Positions 38,062 to 49,793 of a stretch of DNA of 64,000 nt are shown one piece after another. Where the stretch lies: the NCBI GenBank assembly GCA_950097015.1, contig CATNEN010000039.1, forward strand, positions 6,944,001-7,008,000, read 5' to 3'. Source of the DNA: Macrostomum hystrix (taxonomy: Eukaryota > Animalia > Platyhelminthes). The first letter of the stretch is position 1; every line of letters begins with the position of its first letter. A program made the translations under genes and the position numbers. The notes under the pieces were generated by a model that ran no database searches, was not told the origin of the DNA, and saw nothing but the letters and a program-made list of their open reading frames with translations.

Positions 38062-38792
38062 GTGACAGCGTCAGGAGTTGTCACCGACGTTTGCAAGCTG
38101 CTTCAGGACATGGCGCCTGCTCACATTTCGTTTCCAAGCAATCAGCAGGCGGCGGCAGCTTCAGCTCGGGCATTTTTTGACATTGCCGGACTGCCCCAGG
38201 TGCTTGGAGCCATCGACTGCACGCACATCCGCATCCGGCGTCCTATCGACGACGGTGGAGTCTTCATCAATCGGAAAGGATTTCACTCGATCAATGTTTA
38301 GACAGTCTGCACTGCCAATCTCTCATTTACCAACGTTGTCGCACGTTGGTCCGGCAGCAGCCACGACTCCTTCATCGTTCAGCAATCTGCGCTGAAGGAC
38401 CTACTCACTGATGGGATTGTCGCCGGCTTCTTGGTTGCAGATGCGGGCTATCCGCTCCGTCCGTTTCTGATGACGCCGTTCAGGGACCCACAGACGAATT
38501 CCGAGCAAAACTTCAACAGGCGACTGAGCAGAACTCGAGTGACTATCGAAAGGGCATTCGGTGTTCTGAAATCGAGATTTCGAAGTCTCGATCACAGCGG
38601 AGGAGCTCTGCAGTTTCATCGTGGCATGCTGCGTGCTGCACAATTTTGCGATGGCCAGAGCTGTTCCACTTCCGCCTGAAGCTCTGCCGCTGGCCATTGA
38701 AGCAGCAGTTGAAAATCCAGCTGCACCAGCTGAGGACACGGCTGCTGGTCGAGCTGAGAGACAGCGAATAATGCAGCTGCTGCCACCGTGAA
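38062..38792 (+). pseudogene. Harbinger DDE transposase (HARBI1-like), 5'-truncated with stop and frameshifts
   Basis: GAIDCTHI..NRKGFHSINV*..ARWSGSSHDS..VADAGYP..LMTPF..FNRRLSRTRVTIERAFGVLKSRFR..CVLHNF. Confidence 0.9.
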
Positions 38793-40095
38793 ACATTATA
38801 GGAGGATTGCTATTTCCTGCTACTCACTTTTAAAAACAAAACTATGTTGAAACAGTTTCTACAGTCTTTATAAATAATCATTTGTGCTTTTTATATTGGT
38901 GTCTTCACTGCAAAAGTGACTTACGACAGGTCCGACCTGTCTTAGATTTACGACGGTACTTAGGAGGCCGCTGTGACTTTGGAAAGTTTCACCGAACGCA
39001 AATTTACGCACGTGCAGTGACTTAAAATAGCTTCTTAAATCTAAGAACGAGCTTAAGATACGATGGCTTCACCGAACACTTTACGACATTGCGGCAGCGT
39101 AAGTTTGAACTTAAAGATACGCAAGCTTTATAGAACGGCCCTGTGTCTTTAGTCGCATAACGATCTAGAAAAAGATCGAGAGAGAGCTACAGTTGCAATA
39201 AATGGGTTTAATTGACAAGCAGCCAGAATGTCTTAAAATTTCATTTATTTTCTTTTCAAAGTATGAAGTGCGCTCACAAAGAAAGCTAAAGTATGTCTTA
39301 AGTGTCCCATCAGTCATCGAGTCCCAGAATAGCCTAGTCCCAGAAGTGTAACTCCCAGCCAAAATGCATACTCACATTTAATTTCTCTCACCTTCGTGCA
39401 AAATGACACGATTTTGACTGTTTGTCAATCATGCGACGTTTACACATCGTCAGAGGCTGAAATGTTTTGTTTCGAAGTGGCAAAGCTTTTAGAAAAAAAG
39501 CTTCCGCTCCACCGACTGGTGCGCAATTAGGTTCAGCGCCAGCAGGATATGAGCACCGCAGCCGCAGCTCCTCAAGAAGTGATGGGGCCGGAGCATAGTG
39601 TGCTACTCTCAGGGCCGAGAACAGGGCGGCCATTAGCTCTCTGGATGGCAGCCTGACCGGCTAGTGCATGCCATGCAGTGACCTGAAGAGCGCGTCCATG
39701 GCCAGATGTCGCTTTTCGGTCATAGGCACTGCACTGCTTTCATGCCAAAGAAGACGATCGGTCCCACGGCTGCGCGGAAGAACCGCACTTTCTGTTCAGG
39801 TCGTCACTTGCGGATGCGTTGAAGACATTCCTGTGTAAGTTCTCAGCGCCAAAGGCCTGGTTTCTCCTGTGGAAAATTGTAGAGTCTGGACTTAGTACAA
39901 AAGGAGCCCAGGACGGGACACTACGATATTGATAGAAAATATGCAGACCCGACCTGTCAGCCATGAGGAACAGAAGATGCAGCTGGACAGGAGAAAGTAG
40001 CATGAAACAAAAATAGTGCGTTACAGAGACTGGATAATGTGCGAAGGGGTTCCTATTATTTTTTTGGCATTCAGTCCAGCGCAACTCGCTCCAAC

Positions 40096-40841
40096 TCAGT
40101 TAAAAGGCGACACGCATTCGCACAGAGCAACTGTTGGGCTGCCAGAGAGATCTGAGATATCAGCGAGATTCGAAATCGAATGGTAGCGGCAAATGACGTT
40201 CTCATTCCCTCCGCTGTTGTTGGGCTCCTTGTCGGCCCAGAGGCCGGCGCTCACGTTCAGGCCGCAGCTCACCCACTGCCAGCCTCCGCCTGGCTCGGCA
40301 CTGCTCGCTGTCTTCAAGCCTCCGAGCCACACGGAGCCGCCGCTCGAGTACACGCTGCTGAACTGCGAGTTGATGAAGCTCATCTCTGCAGCGTCCACCA
40401 CATCGGCCATGATGACGAGACCACTCTCATTGTCGCACCTCTGCCTGCTCTGCCACCAGTAGCCAGAGTTGTTGTACAGCTTGTACCTCACTCCGCACAG
40501 CTGCTCATCATAGCCAGACGGACACAGCCTTCCCGGCTGCAGACCCGACTGTCTCCTCACAAAGATGCGACCAGTGGCTGAGCAGCTGCAATTTCTCACG
40601 TGTTTGCTGCACCTGTCAAACACGAACAGCTCGCACGGACCGTGTGCAATGCTGAATGCCTGGCATCGCCGACGACTGGCGCACAGCAGGGAGCACTGGA
40701 GCTCCGATGCCACAGCGCTGCCGAGGGGCGTCTCCGAGAACTCACTGCTGATGCACAAGCTGGCGGTCACCTCCGTGAATTACTCGGTGACGGAGCACCG
40801 CTCCGCTTCAATATAGCCGAGGACGCAGACGGCGACGAGGA
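40096..40841 (-). pseudogene. Inverted second copy of the PAN + C-type lectin gene with a premature stop and an alternative C-terminus
   Basis: 40183-40841 is the reverse complement of 35366-36024 with 3 differences seen, one of them TCA>TAA at 40782-40780. The last 28 codons differ but stay in frame. No matching start codon or promoter. Confidence 0.85.
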
Positions 40842-42196
40842 TTGTAACCTGCTGTCTCTTGCCTGTCGCATTCCTTTCTTATTTTGTAAAGCTTCTTTTC
40901 TTGGCAGGTAATATGCTTGTAAGAGCTTTGTCAATCGCTTCCTTTTTTGTCAAAATGGAAAGTTTTATCTGCTTTTCTGGCCCGCCGTGATTGGCTGGAA
41001 TTCTGCCCAAATAATTTTTCTTGCCACGCATTGCCGTTGAAAATATAGGTTCACGTGGATTTAGTTTATGCGTCACCAGCATTCACACAGAACGCAAAAA
41101 GTTCTTTTTTTAGAGCAAGCAAGTTGTTTGGGAAGGTCCAACCTTCCGTAAAATCTGTCCGTGACTCTGTTTGGAGTAGACAAGGAGTATGGTACGAAAT
41201 TTTCTTAGTTGTGCGAACAATGCCCGTGGCCCTGAATTGATGTAATTAATTTTTAATTACCTCGATTAATAAAGACTCGGGGGTAGAAAGCGCTTTCTTT
41301 GTTCTTATTTAGTAGAATTTGGCATGGTGCATTTCTTGGTTTGTGAATTGTGAAACAACATTCTTCTCTCTCGCCGAGTCCAGAGCTCAAAACCTTACGA
41401 ACGAATGATGAGCGAATCAACAACCAACAACCAACATCTATGACCTCATCGACCAGAAAGCAACAACAACAATCAGCACCATTAGCAATCAGTAAAAAAC
41501 TAACAACAAACTAATGAGAAACTAAAAACAGCAAGCAAGGAAGCGAGCAAAAAACAATAACGCATTGCCAACAAGCAATAAGCAGCATCAATTAACATTT
41601 TTAATATTTTCGCCCCTTAGAACTAATTACGCTCTCAGACTTAAAAGCTTACTAGAAAGGTTTGCCCATCATCAGCGATCAAAGTCAAAAATTTATTCAG
41701 TTCTTCTTTATTTTTTTTGGTTCGTTACATTACTTTGGTGCCTACTTCAAGTAGGTAATAAAGCAAAGCCTTCGTAGATGAGTGCATGTGCAATTTCGCT
41801 ACCCAACATTATATTGAGTTAATGATTTTAGTACCTCAAATAGCAGGTGCAGCTGCAGTGACCGCTCCTAAAAATGCCGCCGGCTGCAAGACTGCGCAGT
41901 TCCTTGCCAGCGGTGAGGTGGCGCACGGCGGCAGCCAAGCTGCTGAAAGGTGCAAATAAGTGCAGGCCCGTTAAGCGCACTAGTTCGCAGCCCAACCGGA
42001 ACTGCGCAGCTTCGTAGAGCACGTTGCGGCCAGCCTAATCTACCGCATGTCGCTTTCTCGGGCAGTGCATAGTTTCAAGTCTGAATTAATTTTGCCACCT
42101 CTGCTAATGCACACGTCGGTTTCCGGTACGACTGAGAGGCTTGGCTTGAAGACGGATGGCGATCTTTATTGCCTCTACAAGGGTCATTGTGGTCGC

Positions 42197-42366
42197 CTTC
42201 ATCACACCCTTCATCACACATGTAACAGCATTCATCACACATGTAACAGCATTCATCACACATGTAACAACATTCATCACACATGTAACAGCATTCATCA
42301 CACATGTAACAGCATTCATCACACATGTAACAGCATTCATCACACATGTAACAGCATTCATCACAG
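42197..42366. repeat. 21-bp minisatellite (attcatcacacatgtaacagc)
   Basis: About 7-8 copies. Confidence 0.95.
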
Positions 42367-43857
42367 CCAGAGGTAGCTTGCTAGTTTCTCGAGACCAAAC
42401 GGAACTAGTTCGGAACGCAGTATCTGGCTTTGCTGCGGAAGCAATGGAACCCTAGATCTGGGAGAATCCGATTTGGCCCCGATGTCGGACACCGCAGCCC
42501 CTACTGATCAGGGTTGGCTACAGATCTTGTCCAGCAATTGGCGCAGGTGAGTCGCTATAGCTCTTTACGACCGAGAAGAAACAGGAATTTACATTTCTGG
42601 AACTGTAGCGCCTAAAAGAGTATTTAACCGTGTCATAAAGATCACGAGACCTGACTAAGGATTTCGTTCGATACAGCCTACCCGGCCCCGTGAGAGCCCT
42701 GCTCAGTGTGTTCGCTCTACCTTTTTGAGTAATGTGGAAATTCCTGCATTGAACAAAGTGAGCCTGTCTGCCAATCTCCACCGTTGGAGTGCTGGCTTTC
42801 TGTGCTGGCTTTTTTCAGATCTGCTTGACTTAATTGCTTGTTTTCCCCGTCTTCGGAATGCGAAGCAGCAATTATTTCTTTGGAAATATAAAAAGAGAAA
42901 ACATGCATGTTCAGCAGTTGGGATCTCAGCCCATGCTGGGAGGCCTTGAGCGGGAAACTCAATTTCCTATGCTGGAATAGAAACTTGGATGGGTTTGGCG
43001 GCCTCCCAGTCCACGGACTGAACACCAGTACTGAACAGCCTTTGGATAGCGCCGCGTAATATAAAAAAGCACAAATTATTGTTAAAATAAATTCTGGGAT
43101 CAAAAGACGCTTAGATTAATGGTCGTTGAAAAAAAATCATCAAGTTGTAAATGAAGATTGAAGACGCCTGGTCCGTCGCTTCTGGAGCCACAGACCTCGG
43201 GTTGTTTTCCCCAACCGATCCTACTAACTTAGCCCATATATTTACATGCGCAGCACTGTACACAACACAGAGAGAGTGGCAGAGGCAGAGACAAAGTGCT
43301 TCGGCATATGGCAGTCAGGTTTTTTACAGTACACCTAATAGCCACACAGTATGAACTAAGAATACTATAAGTAATACAGATAATGTAGGACAGAAAAAAA
43401 CAAGCCGAAATAAATTGGGGCTGTTGGGGTCTCTAGGAGTCTAGGCTATAAAGTATAAACCCAGTCAAGTCTGATCAAATGCGGGATGTGGAAACAGGCG
43501 GCCCAACGTTTAGTGCGCGTGAACGTTTCAGGCAACTGCGTGCTGTCTGGCGGAGAGGGTTGGGCGTACTTGGATGAAATCTAAAAATAGCTGGGTGAGG
43601 AAGTGTCATGCGGCTTGTTATCTCCCCCAACCCCACCCCATCAGTTGGCTGGCCGTTCTTTTGCAAGCCTGCAAAATCTCTTTCAAACGGAAAAGGCCAC
43701 CGACTAACATTACAAGTTACAACTGCAAGATAGATTTTACAATTCCCGTGCACTCGATAGACATTGGACCTGATTTCAGCGCTCAATATGCATGCATAGG
43801 AAGATTAATAATCAATGGCTTGATGTGTTGTTTTAAGTGCAAAACTTTCAAATGGGG

Positions 43858-46140
43858 TCACCGGCCGGGCAGAGAGCGGATGAGGTGCCGGATCCGCTGT
43901 CGGACTGGGAACGCCAGGCCCAGAGCTTGCAGGTCCTCGTCGGAGAGCTCCAGGAAGGCTGGCCAGTCGATTTCCTGCTGCTGCATGACTTCAATGCAGT
44001 CAGCCAGGCGATTTTCGACAAGGATGCGCACCAGCTGGTCCTCCGACTCCGCGCAGCCGCTTAGAGTCACCTGGTCGATCGGGCGCATCAGCCGCAGCTG
44101 ACCGTCGTACAAGCTTCGGTTAAAACCAGCCGGGAGTGCCACGGCTGAGTCCGCCTCCACCGCCGGCGGTGCGGAGCGTGCATCCGCTGCCAGCGAGGAG
44201 ATTCGGGGCTGCGCGCACGAGCGGCTGAAGAACTGACCCGTCCAGGCACCGTCTGGGCAGCGTGGCGCGGCGCCACTGACGCCGGCGGCAATCTGGCGCG
44301 ACGCTGCCAATCGGCGCTTCGTGTACTCCGCGCCAGGCGCCAGAGACTCGGGGGCCTGGGGCCTGCATGTCGACCGCAGCTCCGCATTGGCCGATTGAGT
44401 CGGGGCCCACCAGGACAGGCCGGGCTGCCGCGGCTGCAGCTCTTCGACCGAGCCCTCCACACTTTGTTGCTTCGGCTGGCTTTGCTCAGGTGGCAGCCAC
44501 AACTGCTGCTGCTGCTGCTGAGCTGAAAAAGCAAGCAGCCGCTGCTTGCTTGGCGGAGAATGCGTCAGAGAGGGCTGCGACAAAATTGACGATGTCGAAC
44601 TCGAGGAGGTTGTGGGAGACAGCAGTGGTGATCGGAGCTGTCCGCTTTGAATTTGGTGAGACGGCAGAGGATAAGTCGGCATCTGGCCAATGTCTGAATG
44701 CTGATGCTTCCGCTGCTGTCTCGGGAGAGCAGATGGCTGCTTATTTCTAGGCTCAGCCGCTGGAAGGTGTTGGTTAAACAGGCGCAGTGGCGAGTGCAGC
44801 CCCTGGCTCGGCCAGGGGATGGAGAAGATTCTGGAGAACAGGCGGTACATTGCGCCAGTGTTGCTCTCGTGAGTTCGCATCACCACCGACCTGATGGAGC
44901 CTTCGGTCGAGTCCTGTTGGCCCCTTTTGACTATCACGGAGTCGGTGCTGACACCGTCAATTGAACGGTCGGTGAGAGAGTCGATCCAGGCCTCCTCCAA
45001 CGGTAATGTGTTCAGCGGGATCTGGGGTTTTCGGAAGAATTTGAATAGCTCGACACTGTAACATATTAAAATATGAAATTTCAACAATACCTAAACAGGT
45101 AACTCTGCAAGTCTTGCTATATAACTTTATTAAAGTTCTTAAAATCGAAAAAGTATTGGGTAATTTAAGCAGTCTTTAAGTGCGCATGATCTCACATCAA
45201 AGCCCAGCGACACGGGCAGGCAGCTGATGAAGGCCTCCCGCACTGCGAGGCTCTTCCGCGCGCCACCAGCCTCCCAGACCTTGGCCTCGCCATCCGGGCC
45301 CAGTCGGAACCCCCGCAGGTCGAATCTGGCGGCCACTGCAGCGTCAAAATCACCGGGTCCAACCAGTTCGGCCAGACGGTCTCGCAGCTGTTGAAGGTGA
45401 CGCGGCTCAGCGCGCAGCTCAGACACGACAAGAGCAGCCCAGCCGGCCGCTGCGGCCGCAGCAACCGCAGCCTCTACCGTCTGCGCCACAGCCTCTGCGT
45501 TGTCTGCGATGGCCCTCACTGACCAGCAAGGAGCATCGCCATGTCTGCCAGCCTGCAGCTGCACCCGTAACTCCGTTGCTATGGAAACCAGATAGGGCGG
45601 TAGCCGCTCCGGAGTCGGCAGTTGAACGTGGAAGGCGAGTGGCTGCCGCAGTCTTACTAGACGCCGGGCCTCCTCCATACCCGCTGGCTGCCAGCCGGCC
45701 AGCCCGTTGAGGGCCACCCGGTTGCTCTTGGTGGAATCCAGGCCGCCGCGGTTGCTCTTGTTGCTGTCTGGAAAGTGAATATCCGTGCCCGTGCTGGCCT
45801 TGATGCTCTGCTGCAGGCTGCCGCCACGCCCGATAAGCTGCGCGTGTTCGCAGTGCGGAACGTCGATACGCAGACTAAGCCGACTGAAGCGCCTGCTGAA
45901 GCTGGCCAGCAGGATGGCCCGCGCGCTGCTGACGGCCTCTAGCGGCCCGCTGATGCGCACGGCCGGATCCCGCTTCAGCTGCTGGCCGGGCCGCAGACGG
46001 CACTGCAAGTCGAGCTTCGCGCCCGTCTGCCGTTCGACTTGGGCCAGCAGGCGTTGCACTGAGCCGGCCTCCCTACTGAGCATGACGTCTAGGCGGCACC
46101 GGTCGAGACGGACGCTCTCCGCCGACTCAGCTGCGGACAT
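43858..46140 (-). CDS. BICC1: Bicaudal-C-like RNA-binding protein (KH repeats + C-terminal SAM)
   Basis: Exon 46140-45196: VRLDRCRLDVML..KRDPAVRISG..RLSLRIDVPHCEHAQLIGRGG..TGTDIHFPDSNKSN..KSNRVALNG. Exon ~45021-43858: RSVVMRTHESN..MY and SAM domain QQEIDWPAFLELSDEDLQALGL..RQRI. The acceptor choice is inferred. Confidence 0.88.
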
Positions 46141-47007
46141 GGCTGGCTGCTCTACTCAAAGCCGACTTGCTTTAAAAGAAGTCGGAGGCAACAGGCCAGC
46201 TTTTTTTGAGCCAGGGCATCCCCCGAACTCGCCATTTTACGCATTTAAGAGCCGCACACCCTTTCACCTTGGCTCCGGCGCGCCCGATTGGCCCCCGTCT
46301 CACCCTCCCTCTCCCTGCCGCAAGCAGGGGACTTGCGGGCTTGACTGGAGCCCCAAAGTCCAGAATTGAGGTCTCCCGTGCGAGTCGCAGCCTTTTTTCC
46401 TACGCGCGCAGACAAATTGAAATTGGTTTTTGCGCAGCGCCTCTTGCAGGTCTGGAAACTGGCGCAAATTTTTAATTGCGCTTTCCTGCAGCTACAGTGA
46501 ATGCCTTGCGGATTGATAATTCTTGATGATTTCCTGCCCACCACCCTTAGCGTTCATTTGTACTCATTGTCTCTACTGGATGTTTTGTATCGCACAGCAA
46601 CTACCAGCGTATTGTGCATTCCATGGTGCAACTTGTGTTTGCATGCATTATCGATCAGTTTTTCCGCCCCAGAACCTTAGTGACGTTCCATGTTCTAAAT
46701 TGGGCCGTTTCACATTCCTAAATTTCACATCCACAAATTTCACTTTCTGAAATTTTACATCCCTAACTTTCACATTCATATTTAACAAATCTCTAAACTT
46801 TCTTGCAATAAATCTAAGCCCATTGTTTATTTCTTAAAAAATAGTTTATTAGAAAAAAAATTATTTCCGCTTTTCTTCAGAAACAACATTTTTGTGTCTT
46901 TTTTCTTTTTTAATCTCAAGATGTTCTCGTAGAAAAAATTAAGCGCATTACACTACTTATAGGGCATGTATGGTAAGTGTACATCATGAATCATAAAAAG
47001 TGTTAAT

Positions 47008-47485
47008 GAACTGAGTGAATGCTCTCTGAACTGTGTGAATGGTCTCTGAACTGTGTGAAAGCTCTCTGAACTGTGTGAATGCTCTCTGAACTGTGTGAAT
47101 GGTCTCTGAACTGTGTGAAAGCTCTCTGAACTGTGTGAATGCTCTCTGAACTGTGTGAAAGCTCTCTGAACTGTGTGAAAGCTCTCTGAACTGTGTGAAA
47201 GCTCTCTGAACTGTGTTAAAGCTCTCTGAACTGTGTGAAAGCTCTCTGAACTGTGTGAAAGCTCTCTGAACTGTGTGAAAGCTCTCTGAACTGTGTGAAA
47301 GCTCTCTGAACTGTGTGAATGCTCTCTGAACTGTGTGAAAGCTCTCTTAACTGTGTGAATGCTCTCTGAACTGTGTGAAAGCTCTCTGAACTGTGTTAAT
47401 GCTCTCTGAACTGTGTTAATGGTCCCTGAACTGTGTGAATGCTCTCTGAACTGTGTGAATGGTCTCTGAACTGTGTGAATGGTCT
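47008..47485. repeat. 20-bp minisatellite (gctctctgaactgtgtgaa[a/t])
   Basis: About 24 copies. Confidence 0.95.
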
Positions 47486-48079
47486 GGTTTAAGTCGATAA
47501 AGCCAAAGTTTCAGACAACTTGTTGCAAAGATTTACCTAAACAGTTTTTTATTTAAAACAAGGTGCGACAATGATTGGAGAACTGACTTTTTGGAACCAA
47601 AAAAACATAGCTCGTACGCAGACGTGCCAATTGCCAATAATTTTATAATTAGCGTATTTAAATCTTTAATCAAATTTTTATCAAAATAAAACCAAATGAA
47701 ACAGATTATTTGTCTGTATTAGGTCAGGAACCTCCATTCATGCTCAATTTTAGCTCAACAGGTGAGAACAGATCATGGCAGTTTTTATCTTGGCTGTCAC
47801 CTTAGACTGTTTTTGATTGGTGACAATCGCGGCAGCGCGACCTCGATTAAGTAGACTTCGAACCGGAAGTGACATCCGGAAACTGATCCGGTCAGTCCAA
47901 ATAAATTTATTTCTATTCGACATTGTTTTGGTTAGACTTTTATTAAAATTTCAGTCAGAAGTGGACAGCAGTGGACAGGAACCTGTTTTAAAAGCAAGAA
48001 TTTGTTATATCAATCCGTCGTTTGAATTATTTAATTAATTTCATTTCGCACAGATTTAAATGATTGGCCAAATTACATT

Positions 48080-48899
48080 AGTTCAGAGACAGTTCAGAGA
48101 GCATTCACACAGTTCAGAGACAGTTCAGAGAGCATTCACACAGTTCAGAGACAGTTCAGAGAGCATTCACACAGTTCACAGACAGTTCAGAGACCATTCA
48201 CACAGTTTACAGACAGTTCAGAGACCATTCACACAGTTCAGAGACAGTTCAGAGAGCATTCACACAGTTCACAGACAGTTCAGAGAGCATTCACACAGTC
48301 CAGAGACAGTTCAGAGAGCATTCACACAGTTCACAGACAGTTCAGAGACCATTCACACAGTTCACAGACAGTTCAGAGAGCATTCACACAGTTCACAGAC
48401 AGTTCAGAGACCATTCACACAGTTTACAGACAGTTCAGAGACCATTCACACAGTTCAGAGACAGTTCAGAGAGCATTCACACAGTTCAGAGACAGTTCAG
48501 AGAGCATTCACACAGTTCAGAGACAGTTCAGAGAGCATTCACACAGTTCACAGACAGTTCAGAGAGCATTCACACAGTTCAGAGACAGTTCAGAGAGCAT
48601 TCACACAGTTCACAGACAGTTCAGAGAGCATTCACACAGTTCAGAGACAGTTCAGAGAGCATTCACACAGTTCACAGACAGTTCAGAGAGCATTCACACA
48701 GTTCAGAGACAGCTAAGAGAGCATTCACACAGTTCAGAGACAGTTCAGAGAGCATTCACACAGTTCACAGACAGCTAAGAGAGCATTCACACAGTTCAGA
48801 GACAGCTAAGAGAGCATTCACACAGTTCAGAGACAGTTAAGAGAGCATTCACACAGTTCAGAGACAGCTAAGAGAGCATTCACACAGTTCAGAGACCAT
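48080..48899. repeat. 31-bp minisatellite (gagcattcacacagttcagagacagttcaga), inverted relative of the 47-kb array
   Basis: About 26 copies; the unit is the reverse complement of the 20-mer plus an 11-bp internal duplication. Confidence 0.93.
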
Positions 48900-49793
48900 C
48901 CGCACATTCAGTTACACTTATTTTCGTTTCAGGATTTAGGAGTTCCGTTTATGCTACATCATGTATGAGTTAAATTGTTTAATAAACAGGTGTTTTACTT
49001 ATCATGTTAAGAGTACTACCGACTCTTCTTTAATTATTAATCCGTAAGTCTGTGTGCCTGATTTTTCCGCGTTGTGTTTTTGTCTATGGCCATGACCTTT
49101 GAAAGTCTAGCCAATGGAAATAATGGTTCCATTGTTCTTGATGACGATTGTTTTGCGAGCGGGGGTAGGCGCTACAATTTTTGTGAAAAACACTGAAAAA
49201 TTTGTCAGAAAAAGTTATCATATGAACTAAAATTCATTAATATAAAGCTTGCCTTTTCATCGCGTTCTATCTGCGTTCGTTCATTTTCGATGTCACATCC
49301 CTGTGAACTCCGATGCAGATATTGTCTGCAGATATTGAACTGGCAGAGAAATTTTATTTAGCTTTTATCGTGCGAAACATCTAACACAGATTTCGCGTGC
49401 TATAGTGCGATAAAAGTTCAATTATCAGATTCTGGGAATTGTGGCCCTGGTAAAGCCAACAAAACGACTTTGGTGCAGTGCAGGAACCACAATGTATAAA
49501 TACATTAAAATGTACAATCTGCAGGACTCCGGAATTCATAAATCTAAAGACAAGACAAGGTCAGCGAAAGCTTTCATTTTAAATGTTTACCTTATCAGGA
49601 TGAATAATTCTGACTATTCAGACAGAGAGTTGAGTGACTGACAAATTGTCATACATCGGCCCAATGGCCATAAAAGTTTGACAAGACAATATGGAAATAA
49701 CTACTTCCTCGTAGGCTTGAGAATCGAGCTTTAGTCATTGTCGAATGTGTTATGACAAGGCTCAGTGGCACCGGGGGCACCACGAACGTGTCA

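Larger units (their letters stand above)
36907..39141. mobile_element. Defective PIF/Harbinger transposon
   Basis: TIRs GGCCCGTTCTATAAAGCTT / AAGCTTTATAGAACGGCCC; subterminal cttacg/cgtaag repeats; carries both Harbinger genes. TSD not clean. Confidence 0.92.

Noticed and set aside
39388-40084. Short minus-strand ORFs downstream of lectin copy 2
   Set aside because: No recognisable homology and interrupted by stops.
35347-40841. Diversity-generating retroelement acting on the lectin
   Set aside because: No reverse transcriptase is present, and the tip differences are not adenine-specific and include many synonymous changes.
41828-43103. Possible spliced minus-strand gene downstream of BicC
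   Set aside because: Some splice-like signals, but no consistent long frame or recognisable domain.
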